The notes below the pieces were generated by a model. It had not been told where the DNA came from. It made no database searches and saw only the letters and a list, made by a program, of their open reading frames with translations. A stretch of 64,000 nucleotides of DNA from Phoronis australis (taxonomy: Eukaryota > Animalia > Phoronida), in NCBI GenBank assembly GCA_002633005.1, contig NMRA01000028.1:1263556-1327555 (forward strand), written 5' to 3'. Below are positions 15,187 to 29,326 of this stretch, one piece after another. A program made the position numbers and the translations under genes. The first letter of the stretch is position 1, and each line of letters begins with the position of its first letter.

Positions 15187-18100
15187 GAATTGCTGGAGCC
15201 CGATGTTATGCAATATTTTTCTAATGCATCAAATTTTAGGTTAAACGCATTACGTTGCTTTTATCGTTCGGCGATTTCCCGGATACGTCAAGATGGAATT
15301 TTAATTATGGATTCAAACAGAATTAGTGGCATATTACAATCAACAAAGTCGTCGACTGAACGTAATGTAGCTTCAATCAATATCTTATGGAGTGACCGTC
15401 AAAAGTCATAAACAATGGGTTAGTGGTCTGACCACAGACGTTATGATCAGCGTGGACGTGAAGTCCGGAACCGAATTTTATCTTTTTCATTTGAAAATAT
15501 GTTTCCATTTATAAGATGAAAAGAAGACTGACATTTGAAGTAAATATCGCACTCGTACTTTAAAATCTGTTATCAAAAAGTTACCAGCGAGGGTAAACTG
15601 AAGCGAAAGCGTTGCTTTTATCTCCAATGAGACCTGTGTGTTTGCTGCGATTTTAATTTTTGTATTGGCATTTGGAAAGTTGATTACGTCACTTAACGCA
15701 GTTGGAAGCAGGATGCGTAATTCCGTATCAAACTTTCTAATAACCCGCACATACAGTCAGTATACTCAAGTATGAACGTTTTGTTACGAAATGGAAGCTG
15801 CGTGGGAGAGCGTTCGGTGAAATGACAGTCGTCACTAAAATGTTTGGAGAACGCAAGTGGCAAAGTTGTTTGTGTTACCAAATTAAAAAAGTACCAGCGA
15901 TCACCAAGCACTCTCTTTCTGCAGTCAACCTCTTAGAAAATTGTATCAGGAAGAATTTCAACATTGACAAGTCATTTTACAATTGGACCGTTGTTTTGTA
16001 TCAGAATAGCGAGACCCGGGTGAGCCCGAAAATTTGAGTACCGTACATGGAGGTGTTTGAGCAAAGGTTGTTAGCACGGGCAATGAATTAAGGCCGCACG
16101 GATGTAAAGACTTCCTTCCCTCACAAACTCTGAATCCGCTCAAGTATATACGTTAACGCGGAATTTGTACTTTTTGTCGTTAGATCACTAATGTTTGGTT
16201 GCAGCACAATTCGGTGGTTAATCGATTGCCGGTAATCGTAAGACCCAGGGCGTTTTTTACTTTTCAGGTGTCCCAAATTATAAGCTGGGGCGTACTTTCG
16301 GAAACAGGTGGTATATAACGGAAAATGTGTCAACGATATCAACAAAGCCTGAGAATCAACACAGGCTACACGCGGGTACCGCTAGGTTTATTTTGCATAT
16401 CAGCAAAAATGTGCCGATATAAAATATGTTATGATTCTCACAATAACTTGCAGCATGCAATTCATCGAAACAACAGATTTCCGACTGCAGGTGATGCACT
16501 GACTGCCCCTCGCCCCCCCCCCCATAACACATTTATCTTATTGTATTGTCTTTTAGATTTGCCGTTTAACCCACAACATTCTGTCTTAACGAAGCAAGTC
16601 TTTTATACTCCAGCTCACATCCTGCTGCGTCACACTCACCCGTAAACATGCAATTTGAGTTCACACTAGTTAGGGGACCAGAGAGAACTGCCAGACACTT
16701 GTCAAGATCATTAAACGCGCATGTGATTATCAGGTAAGAAATTAACTCGTTAGCAAAACCTCGCGGTAAATATGCTCGCAGTGATGCTGCAAATACGTGG
16801 CTTTGTCGAAGGATTCTCCATCAGGATCGTCTGACAGCGAAAAGAATTGGAACTCTTCCGGTACAGGGGTCCATTTCCTGCATCAAACAAGGAGGCCTCC
16901 ACAGGGCAATTTCGAACCAACGTCTCTGCAAGTTCGAAAAGCTAATTTGTATATTGTCTTATATTAAAGTTACTTGTCATTTGATACTTCCAAAATCAAG
17001 ATGTCCGTTTTCTTACCAAAAATCATGAACAGTGTCATCATGAACATGACATGTCGAAGGTTTTCAAAAAACCTGGCAAATTTGGTCATAGTTGATATCT
17101 AGTTACAAAAACACAAATACGTGATATTTTAGGGCTTTCACACACGTTTCGTGAAATAGTACTTGTGAACTGTGTGTGAACTGCCCGGAGGCAATCTAAA
17201 TTAATTTTGACCTCAATCGTTGCGCATCTATAAGCCCATTGTTTGGCCGCCGACGACAGTCACCAAAGGATGCGTCAGAAATCTGAAATCTACGCAACTA
17301 ATTGTATATTTTATTGCATATACTCGCCGAGCGACTCTTGCAATCCTGACTTCCGTAGTTTTCAGAACTATTTTCACTTCATTTGCAATTAGTTTACTGA
17401 TTTGGTGGTTCAGTCATGTTTTGGAATTGCGATACGAATTCTCAACGATTTTTTCTCAGCGTGATGAATGTTATAAAGTTTCTTGAATGTTCACCAGAGG
17501 TCTCTTAATGCTCATTTCAACTTGTGAATGATTGTTGCAAATCGAGTTGATTAATATGCAACGGTAAACAATGATAAGATTTATAATCTGATCAACAAAC
17601 GCCATAAATTACAAAGTCAACAGGTAGTGATATCAACTGTACATGTTAGTACACATACATGTGAATGAGAAGTAAGAGAGTGGCAAACTATGCATTTAGT
17701 TGCTTGCTATCTTCGATAGCAGTTAGAAGAAGTGTACCGACAACGACTTTTTGAATCCAGCATTTCTGTTTGCCGCCGATTCGACCCAAGCCCTTTAAGT
17801 CATGATACATAGTATATCGAAACCAGGAAGTTATTTGATCCCAATATGACATTGTGTGATTTCTACTTCATCGATCTTTCCATAATCTTTACTGGGGAAT
17901 TGAATTACTGGAGTTTGGGCCGATGAAATTCCAGTGACAGTAACCATGGCGACGCTAGTGGGTCGGGATGTGTCAAAGATTGACAATCACAGGTTTCCTC
18001 ATCTGATGCAAAAACACACACTTACAAGAGCTAATAGTTCTATAATCATTCCAGTGATCTTTAAAGTTGACTACTTCTTACGCCACTTTCTGGAAAAGCC

Positions 18101-20629
18101 ATTTTAATAGTAAGGTTTGCGTATTCAGTTATGTTTGAGTCACTAAGGTTTAAATAGTTTGACATGTGTCATAATATGATGGATGGTAAAATTACAGGTA
18201 TGGCCGCGCCTCTAAATTCCACCTACCACGCGGAGTGTGTGGTGCTTGTTGGTCCAAGAATTGGGTTTAAGGGATCGAAGATGAAATTTCGCACGGAGCA
18301 GCCATGAAATCCTTCCCACCCCCTGAATAATAACCAAGTCAGTCTACAGTAAACAAACGATATGACTGTGTGAACTAAGTTAATGTAGTCTACAGGTACA
18401 ACGGGTGCTGGAAGGGTCCTGCGGCATTCAACATGTAGATTATCCAAGCAAAATCATATTCTACAGTCAAAATGTCTAATTAACTTCACTATTATTCAGA
18501 CTTGGGGTTTGCATAGTTTTTAAGGGTGATTTGCGCAGCACCGCCTGGCGATGGTCATTAAAACAAATATCTGTAACAAGCGATTAGCGAGCTAGGCTTT
18601 GAGTTTAAGTAAAGTCGTAAATTAACATTTAATCAAAGTTGTGTATTAGCTCGGATGAGTATGATATACACAGACCAACATAAATATTGGATGCGAATCA
18701 GTCATTAACATGCCCCGCGCCGTGTGACAGCGGTAATGCTCTCTGGAGGGGAGCCGCTAACTAGCGATTACTCCCGTTCTAATGGATCTCGATTAACGTG
18801 AATCATGGCGTTTTTAAAGATTTCCTGGCTTCCGACTGCGCGACACAATGCGGCAAGGCGGTCATTAAGTTAGCGCGCTGTGACAATCAAACGGCTACCG
18901 TGGTTACCGTTCTCCCAGGTGCGGTCAGGGCTAGTCTGACTTGGACACCAGTCGCCCACAGGAATTTGGTAATAATCCATTTGGTCAACACTAAACGTTA
19001 CACACAGGCCAGAGTCATGATAGAATTATACCGTGTTGACATTTAGCGTCATTTTCACCATTGTCAAGGTAAATCAAAATTCGTCAAAGCTGTGTTCAAA
19101 TCAGAAAAAATGGTTATAAACATAAAATCGATTAGATTATTTTGGCAAGTTCGCCGGTACTAATTCACTATGTTCGTAGTGAATGCTTATTTTGTATCCA
19201 AATCAAGGAAATGCCAGTTCCATTTCCCCACAATCAGACACCCAAACGCACAGATTTACACCACTATTCTCTCTCTCTCAGCCTCCAGCCTGTGTTTTCG
19301 TAAAGAGGGAACTAAGCACTTTTGTTGAAATTTAACCCCACCTAATATTATTCACATAATTCACTTGAACACAACTTATTAAGACAGGCAAGTTAACACG
19401 TAGTAGAAGTTTTAAACAGTCTCAAACGCCTTCATTTTTGTCACCTATGCAAGTAAGTGTGAAAATCATGTTGTCACATCGAGATACTACTTTTTATCTT
19501 AGTGAAGTTTGCCTTATCAAGCCTGGTACTGTATGACAGCATCTGCTTTCCGTAAGCTAATTGTCAATTACACTTAAATGTGAGTGAAACTGAGCCGATG
19601 GCAAGTCCAATAAATTATTGTAACCTTCTAAATAAATTAATACATGAAAATCATGTAATGCGGGAGCTACTGCTTTCTATCTGGGTACTGACAGTTGGCT
19701 TGATAATTGCTACTGGTATTCAATCTTGTGTTTTTAACGAATTCCATCGACGTGCAGGTGTACAGCACCAATGGCTATAGATGGCGCGTGCACTGTATGA
19801 CCAGCGATGTTACTGCGCGATGTATTCTTGCGCCGACGGCGGTTTGTCTAGTGACACGAACCAACTCACTGAACCGAGCACGTTTTACTGTCTTATCTTA
19901 GGTGGAAACACGATACGAAAATTATTTGTTAAACACGTATGATACACCCAGGTGACGCTTCGTTGTGAGTCTAGAAATTCACAGGCGTCGAGCGTGAAGG
20001 GTGCAAAAGTGTCACAATTTAAATCACGTGTTACCGTACCCTATTAAAATTGTGGAATAATTTTCAAGTGCCGTGTATTATCTAAATATCAAATAGTGAG
20101 TTTAATTAAACATTTGATACTTGCTGGCAGCGTAGAACAATGCACTTTTAGGGGCGGCAGTGTGACGTCATTGTATATGGACATAGCCACGTGATAAAAG
20201 CAGAATAAAGCGTGAATAAAGCAGAAAGTTCGACTGATGTCCAAAAAATCAGTCCAACGAAGTCTGAGTTTAGACACTATATCGTAATGGCACCATCTCG
20301 GATCAACCTTAGACCAGAAATTGTAAAGTCAACGCTGTGATGTAAATCAAAATCTCGTCAATCTACTTTACTTTATTGACAGAGTTAAGAGCGAGTCTTG
20401 ACATATCGTACTGAGCCAAGGTAGCGTCCACACGACCATTTCAACATCAGCAAGCAGTGTTTTAAAGAGTTTATGGTGTGTTTTGCCGAAATGTTGGCCA
20501 ACGGCCGGAGTGTACAGCGCGTTTATAGGCGAACTATTTTGTATACTAACCACATGTTGACAGAACAAGGCAGGTCATTCACCTTCGCCCAGGGCGTATA
20601 TTTGTAACCAACATTCTGCCATGGTGCCA

Positions 20630-20895
20630 TGACAATGATGATGATGAAAATGATAATGAAGATGATGGCGATGACGACGACGATGATGTTGATGGTAGTG
20701 AGATGATGATGATGTGATGATAATGGCGACGATAATGATCACAAATACAACTACTATTACTATTAATAGACCCATTCATGTTAATATTACCGCAACTGTT
20801 ACTTTTACACTGCGTATTATTACGGTTACCGTTATTCTTGACATAATTATTTCTATCATTTTTATCGTTTTAGTGAATTAATCGTTGTTGTTACT
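20630..20895. repeat. Degenerate trinucleotide microsatellite (GAT/GAC, then TAT/TAC/TGT-like)
   Basis: gatgatgatgaaaatgataatgaagatgatggcgatgacgacgacgatgatg...; explains the poly-His/Ser pseudo-ORFs at 20575-20779. Confidence 0.9.
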
Positions 20896-23646
20896 GCTAA
20901 CATTTACCTGACCTCACAGTTTCATAATCCTTCAGCAAGATGTTTTGTATTTTGTTGGAAATATTTGCGCCTTATACATTGAGTATGCTCTTTGCGGGAA
21001 AGTGCAGATTGAAGGCGCACTCGACGCTTACGGAGAATGTAGCTTGCGTCTAGAGATTACGTTTATTCCATTTCCAGTCCATTACGATTACATAAGGACA
21101 AGTGGATGAAATGAAAATGTCATAGCCCCATTTATGAAATTACAAGTATTGTGACAATGAGATAAATTGGAAACAACCTTGGCTTACGAATTCATAAAAC
21201 AGCCAAGATATGACTCAGTCCCGTAATTGACAAGGTAGATTTAGATCAGTGGGCGTGTTGACCATCGACACATCCCCTGAAGCCCCGGAAGGTGAACATG
21301 GCGCACAAACAACAATGTTTTGACGAGTTGTAATTAGCGATAGGTATCTAGGAGGATAGCTAAGTTACTGTAATCAGATTGATCGACCGGTGAATTAATA
21401 CATTTGAGACTTAGCGAAACAAAACGGTCCATCACCTGATTAAGAACGCTGATTGTCCCTGGTTGCATAAACTTGCATGAGCGAACTAGTATGTTATCAG
21501 TGGTGCCCGTGGCCATAATTTCCGAAGCACAAACATTCGGGGGCGTTTTTTTCGGTCACATTGTTCTCTCTGTCATTCAGAGCCTATATTGGAAGAAACA
21601 AGGTATTCATTGTAACTGATTGCCTGTCGAATGCAGAGTTGATCACCTGAAGTCACGTCTAATTCACAATGCCTCCTTATACCTTGGCCCCGTGATCTCA
21701 TCGCCATAAACCCACAGTGGCTTTTTATTTCAACTTTCTTCATGCAAAAGTTTCTGCTAGCTCTTGATATATTACACCTGTGCTGTGAGCTGAATTAGCA
21801 GTCAACCAAACCAGTGACGAGAAATCCACAAAATGTAGACAAATGTATTACCGATAAACTCGCAAGCGTTGAATATAACGCTTTTAGATTTCTGAGTGCA
21901 TCACGCCTTTGACAACCCTTAAATATATCTTTTTTCTACTCTGCCATCCCCCCATCACGTATACGTCCTGATGTATGTTTATTTGTTTATGCAATTAATC
22001 ATCTATTTAATGCTAATGTATGCATTTATTTATATATCAATGTGTTACGTAACTAACGATTCTGGTATTAAACTTACTGTGTAGGACGGACCACGATGGA
22101 AATGAGGAACTACGTTTCCGAGACACCTGTACATTGTTTTTCATTTTTATATTTATTTTATTTTATTACTTTTACTTTTACCTTGGTCTTACTTGTCATC
22201 CTTAATTCAAGTTCGTATCCCTGTCTGTCTCTGTCGATCTTTGTGCAGCGTTGTATTGTATCTCTGTGTTGTATTGTATTACCTTATGGTAAATCGATGT
22301 TTAAATAAAACAATCAATCAAAAAGCACCAAGTTGGAAAAGTCTGAACTTTTTACTTCACAAAACAAATGATTGCATAATGACACTCATTTTGACTCTTT
22401 TGCTGTAAAAATTATAGTGACATGCTAAGCAAGTAAAAGTAACGCTTGTTGTGTGAATTCATCGGAAAGCAAGATTAATAGGGCGTTAAATCATAGCGAG
22501 CAATTTGACGGAGCCGTTCAGTTTGGACCTTCTCCCTGGGAAAACCCATGTAAAATCAGTGTATGCCTTGAGCTGGTTATCATTGAAAAATGTAAAAAAC
22601 TAACTGACGGTATCAGAATTTAGCCGGGATGATCCTTTGTAAAACTGCGGAATATGCTTTAGTGATGCGAAGTGGGTTAACGACCCACAAGGTAATCAAG
22701 TCCGGGTCCCATCGTGTATGGAGTCCTCAAGTATCCCGGCTATCGAGTCTAATAATTTCTCATGAGCATGGTGTGGACACATGTCGAAAAAAACATCGAA
22801 CTCTGTGTGTAAAACTCGAGTACGTTGATGGTAAATTGACAGCTGACTGATAGGCAGCATTTTGACCAGTCAGGAATAACATGTGATTAGAGTTAGATTT
22901 AGTTCTCTTGTGGCGGAACTTTTTGCACGCTCGCAATCAAGAAGAATGTCCTATAAACAAATACATTTAGTGTGTATTCCATGCCTGTATAAAAGGAACG
23001 TGGACGTGTTCCTAATCTTTGCGATCTTTCGAAGGTCTCCGGGGGCTTCGCCCTCATCTTCTCTACTTGGGACCTAATCATTCGCACAATACAATTTTCA
23101 CCGTAGCTATCCGGGGAGGATGCAGGGATTTGAGTTGGGGGGCCAAATCGCGTGAGTAAAATGCGAGTGTATCGCGAGTTGGCCTACACTAGTAAAATTG
23201 AGGCCAGTGAAATCATAGATACTCGTTAAAAGATTAGCGACTCCGTCATATCTCGCGGCCTAACGCGAACTACTTCAGAAGGATTCATAACTTCCGGTGT
23301 CTTGGTGTCATGTAGCAACGATGGTAAACTTTCGTTTTTATTTCGCACATTTCGAGCAAATTTTTGAGTTTGAAATTAACTTACTGTGTTTTATGCAAAC
23401 TCAGTCACGTAAGCAAGCCATACAAGTCGGATTTTTGCTACGAAACGCTCCGGAAAAACTTTACAAGTTGTTGTTGATCGGCCCCGCGACTACTGCGACA
23501 GTTCGACACAAAAATAGTCTATGGTGAAATAATTTGTCGGAGAGGCAGGAAGTTCAGTTGGGCTAGAATCCCGTTTCCCTTCCATAAACGAAGATTTCTC
23601 GCCTCAAATGATTCGCAAGTATCTTGCGTTTACGGAACGCTGCCTG

Positions 23647-23732
<86 letters not shown>

Positions 23733-23760
23733 TGTGTGTATATGTATATGTATATGTATG
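23647..23760. repeat. Compound microsatellite (TA)n(TG)n(TATATG)n
   Basis: Directly visible; explains the HT/CV repeat pseudo-ORFs. Confidence 0.98.
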
Positions 23761-26700
23761 TTCAATAAACACAAGCTAAAGAAGTTTTGATAAGTTATGT
23801 TCGTTACCAACGACCACATTTTTACAAGCTTTTGTAGTTACTAATTTTGACGGGCAGAGAAGCGCGTTGCGAACTCGAAAACACTGACCGAACGTTTGTA
23901 CAATGTACGTCACTTGTTTTCTCTACGAATCGCAAAGTGATGTAATTTCATAATTTCCGCAGGAGTGAAAATTTTTGAGTGCTTAACAAATTTTATTTGG
24001 GTTTACTGTAAGCTCAACAAAATCATGTGAATTTCTGTCAAGGCAGGCTCTTTAGACCGAGATCTTAGCTTTCAAAATAGCTCATGGAAATTCCATTGAT
24101 AGTTCAGAAGTCCTCATTTTGTGAAAGCCAGGTTCCCCGAAAAAGACGTGGCAAAAAGTTTCAAACCACTAATAAAATAGAGAGAAAACCTGAAAATTTC
24201 TTGCGAAAAAATCAAGTTTGTGGCGGTTACGGTCCTCTTTGTGAAAAAACAGGATTTGACTTACTAGGGAACAAAACAACGAGATTTCTATAAACTCTTG
24301 ACATAAATTTTCCGGTGAAACCTTGCCGCTCCCCTCCGACCATGAGTGAAAAAGAAAAAAAGAATAGGGACTGGCATGCTTCTTTTACACCTGTCACGTG
24401 ATCTTCTGGCATCTGTTTCACGAAGCCCTAAGTCAGAAACTTCGGGTGCGTCTCTATAGTACGAAGGTTCATTGGTCCGAAGGCTGGATAGTCTGAACTA
24501 TTTCAAAAAATGACAACGAAACTCGACGTCTCTTGAGTCCGAAATTTCTACAGACAATAGAACTTTTGGACACGAACCCAAAATTTCGTTCTACACAACA
24601 AGTGTAATGCAATCTCAGTTCAGCAAAAAGCACAGTCTTTAAGAATTTATTCAAGTTTGTAATTAATTTGATAATCTCAATTAGTAGAATCCGGTGATTG
24701 GTTGACAACAGTGTATGAGAGTTTGACGGCGCCAGGACTCGTAAATACGAGGCAAATGTGAGTGTTTCGGAGAAAATGCATTGGCCACCTCAAGTACACT
24801 TAGACCACAACTTAGTTGGAGAATTGTGGGAACATCTGTTGGAGAATTGTGGGGACATGAACCATTTAGCCCCTCTCTTAATCTGCCAATGGTTTTTCGG
24901 TGCAACATGATCACGTGGCGTGATCGGAACAAGACGGGACGAGGATTGAAGCAATATTCATTCGATGCTCTCTCCCGCAAATTGCCGAGCAACTAGTTTC
25001 TCACGGAATTTTCACTGTAATTTGAGAGCCCACTGACCCGATCCTACGACAAAATTGGTCGCGCCCAATATAACTGGAGAGCAGTCATTATTTCCTTCAA
25101 TACCGCGAGAAATAGTCATAGCTCTGTAACATGTGGACCTGTACATTATTATAAAAGTCTATGTCTCAACGCATAATCTAATTGTTCTTAATGGTAGTCA
25201 AGTCAGACATTCACTATGAAGATATTACATACGCCGATATTAATAGCTATACATAACCTGCACAATTTAAGATTGATGTTTAAATGGAAGACAGGAAACT
25301 TGTTTGAAATCCAATTTCAAACACGAAAGTTCACTATGACGACGTCATGAGGAATATATACGTGGACAGAGCATTACTTGATACAATGAACTAAGCATTG
25401 AAAGTATCTTTTTTAAGACATAAAAATAGTATTGACCAATTGTACAACATGGTTGAAACGGATATACAAACTTAGCCTTCCATCAAAGAATATTTTGATT
25501 TAAACTATTTACAGCTGTAAAACTGATCTAGAATTGATCGCAGCTCGGGTGTTTCTGGGTTTGGAAGAACTAGCGGACCATGCGCACAAAATATCATTCC
25601 GCGGCAAGCAAGTTTGAAAAACTGGTCTCAACTAATAACAAATTATATGAATAATTCCAAGCCCAGAAACCAACCCTAAGTTCAAAACTGAGATCTATTT
25701 CATGACGGTAAGTTGTGACGCAGTCTACTGGAGTCAACCTATGTAACGGAAACATTGAAACAGATTTCTATCTCCATATCAACGAAATCCATGGCGTGTT
25801 GAATCATTAAAACGGTATTTCAGTTGGAAGAGTAATTATACTACCAGTCATCATTTACGGTAACGAAATTGAGCTTGCTTTTTAAAAAGATTAGGCTGAT
25901 AATGCAAAGTAAGCGTGTATCTGTTTACTTTACAAGTCTATAATAGTTCAGTAGGCCTGTTTTTTATCGATCTCTGCAATTAGGGATAATTAAAAAGTAC
26001 CCGTCGACACTCTGAAACAATGGGGAAAAGTCCTTGCATGACTGTACAAGACAAGTTCAACTGAAAGGCAATGACCTGACAACGATATTGGTAATTTGGC
26101 CAGCATATAATGATAAATAACAACGAACGCAAAATTGCTCATCGTAATCAACAACGGTTCGGGTATTTTCGTAACCTCCAGTTGTCCGCCTAAGATGTTT
26201 CAAGTCTGCGTATGTGCGAACTTCAATTAGAACAGCACAGGGATTTGGCCAACAGGTGATTAAAATCGTGACTATTCCGTTGTTTAGTGGTGATGTCTCT
26301 GCCACTCCCCCGCAATTAGGGCCCATAAGTAGGAATAGAAGTGCACAGTCACATCACATTTTCAAAATGTTTGCAGGTCTTGAAATTTTTTCCAATTCAT
26401 GTAACCATGGGGGCAATATGGCACTTGATTTTTTTCCAAAATTGTGTGCTTGCATTAATCGGTGTGTTTCGACAACGGTGTGCACCCACTGTATGCTCCC
26501 AGGAATTTGAAAAGGAATAAGTTTGACCAGGTCCATAGCCAGGTAATAGTTTTCCTAGTCCTTCTAAGTTAGTTATTTACAACGATATGTACGTCTGGCC
26601 TAATTCACATACCTGTCTTTAGTTTTAGCATTTAAATTTTATTTGACTGAGTCTAAAACGTCAAAATGACGTCATATTAAACAAGCAAATATTCTACGTG

Positions 26701-29182
26701 GGTCTCAAAACGCGTAATAAGCGAAGTCATTCTCAATTCGTGGTCTGTTATTTCACGTTTTAGCCTGATAACAAAATTTTTAATACAGAATATGAAAACA
26801 TCCAAGGTGTTCCGGATGCTCCGTGGGATAATTTGAGGCTACGGAAATACCCGAGGTATTCCGGATGGGATGTTATCCGGATTCAGGTTTCCGGAACATA
26901 TATCACAGAGATGAAAATTACAGCAAAAACACATATACATAATAGACTGTCGTGAGTACAGCACAACATGAGGTTACTGATCGTAGCAGGTTAAACCGAA
27001 TGTCTAAACGTTATGTGTGACACCCGTTTTTGTCGTCTTTAATGAATTATAAGAGAACACATAAAAAGTGCAATAACCTGTCATGATTGCAATCATTAAT
27101 CATACAATGTTCAATGTGCCCAGCTCTGTTCACATGACGTTTGTTTACATTTCTTCCATACATTCTATTCATTTGCATTTATTCCGTCTAAACTAATTGA
27201 AAACGGGGATCTGTTTAGATGACGGTTACCCATGAGTTAGTGCTATTTGACTTAAAGTGGCGAACTAAAGTTAATGACAAAAACCATATTTTGTTGGAAT
27301 GACACAAGTATTCTTGCGTTGTTTACGTTATCAAGGTGACGTTTCCCTTCGTCTTGTGGCCGAGTCATTATTTGACCTTTAGAACTCAATTTCATTAGAG
27401 GATTTGGTGACGGTACGACAATCCAAGGCTATGATTCTTAATGACAGGTATCGGGTCCAAGCCAGAGGAATCAACTCTTTAAAAGACCATAAACGCAATA
27501 AAAGGAGAAAATAAATTGTTGCCAGAATGTATAACTTGAGAGATTTATAGCTAAATAATGACTGTTAGGGGAAATTTTGTAAAACAGTTTTTGCTTTCGG
27601 GCGATATGGGTTGGTTCGAGTTTTGTTACCTGGTGAACTTCTCAAACAGAAGTCGTTTTGTAGCGAAATTAGATTTAGCTGGCTGAATTGGGTTTTCAAA
27701 AAAATATGATTTTATGTTCATGTCTGATAAAGCATGTTATGCTGAATGACTCGACACTACAGCAAGTCTTCCACGTTGATTTCATTTTTTTCTGACACCA
27801 GCCTCAAAATTTGTTACCGGCTCAAAGAATTTGTTTGAAAGTTCAAGTCGCCCGATTCCGTCAGATCAGACTACGTTCTTGGTAATCACACAATTGCAAA
27901 CCGCAGAACGTTATGTGACTAACTAAACTAATGCAATAAAGAGACCGACCTTCTTGTACATTTAAAGATCAGGAGTCTCATCTCTCGACTAATTGCACAG
28001 CATGCTCCGAGTCAACTTATGAATTTGTGCTTGAGTAATGAGGCATGGGAGGTTAAATTTCGAATGGAATCGACCCTGAGCTCGGGGACAAGTCTTCAGA
28101 ACCTGGGGCCATGTCAGGTATATAACAGAAATGAAACCATTTGAATGCAGATATCTGTCCTGTACCATCTAACATATGTACGAATACACATCAGAGCATT
28201 GCGTTAGATCTAATAATTGTTGTTGTTTAGTAAGCCAGGTGCGCACTGTTGCGGCAAGACGTGACTCAACGCCTCTGGATTGTCGCAGACTAACATTATC
28301 GACTAGCAGCTGAACTCTCACGAGCGACTCACCTCACCATTCAGTCGAGCCGAGTGAGTCTTTTTGCGTGGTGTGCAGCGGGTTTTACAAACCAAAGCCA
28401 ATGCCACAAATAACACTCAAGTATGAATAAGATGTGATACTACGCACCAAGAAATAAAAGCTAGTGAAAGAAGCGCGCTTGCGCTGCAAGAAAACCATTC
28501 CTACAAGGCACAGGCTCATGGTAAACATGATGACCATATCTAACTATCAATTCAGGTTAATTAAACTTTTATTCGTAAATCCTTCTTATTCACCAGTTGA
28601 CACTGGTCCTAACTCATTTAACGGTAACTGTAGCATCTTTATGGTAATTCCATCACGTTTTTCATCTTATCGTATTTACCGACCTTAAAATAACGGTACA
28701 AAAATCACAAAATCAAAAGATGATATCACGTTTATGTTAAAGATATTGATAACAATGTGTTTATGAATGAGTACTGAATAACTCAGATGTTCGATTTATT
28801 CAAGATATCTGTTGACGTCCAAGTAATATCTTTCTGTGTACATACTATATGTTGTATGAGTGTCTGTTAAGCACCAAGACGTTGCAATACCTGTGTCCTG
28901 AGTCACACAAGAGGTCATTAATTTCAACCTTACTTTCACCGGGAAATTTATGACGCTGCTCTGACTAAAGGCGTTTTTTTTTTAAACATGGCCGAAATGG
29001 GAGCGGAAAGAAAATGACAGCTCCGTCAAACACAGCGTCAGACGCAGCTTGCAAGCGTGGATTGGTTACTTAAAATGCAAATATATGGGCGATGTAAAAC
29101 GGTGTATGTAAATATGTAAATAAGGTTGTAGCGTTTCTTTATGTAGATATGCGTGTGAGTTATTCGCTACTTGTGTTGAGTG

Positions 29183-29326
29183 CAAGTGGTTTTATTGACA
29201 GTCAGTAATTAACCATGGGTCTCATTACGAATTTCGAGTCTTGATCAAACTCAGTTGTTATTGTTGATTTGAATTCGAGATTCGTAATACGCGACTGTCG
29301 GTTTACTGACAGAATAAAACAACTTG
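29183..29326. mobile_element. Fold-back MITE-like element with ~55-bp imperfect inverted arms
   Basis: Left arm caagtggttttatt..gtcagtaa..attacgaatttcga; reverse complement of right arm caagttgttttatt..gtcagtaa..attacgaatctcga. Confidence 0.7.

Noticed and set aside
20575-20779. Poly-His/Ser ORFs
   Set aside because: Translation of the (GAT)n microsatellite.
23563-23819. HT-/CV-repeat ORFs
   Set aside because: Translation of the (TA)n(TG)n microsatellite.
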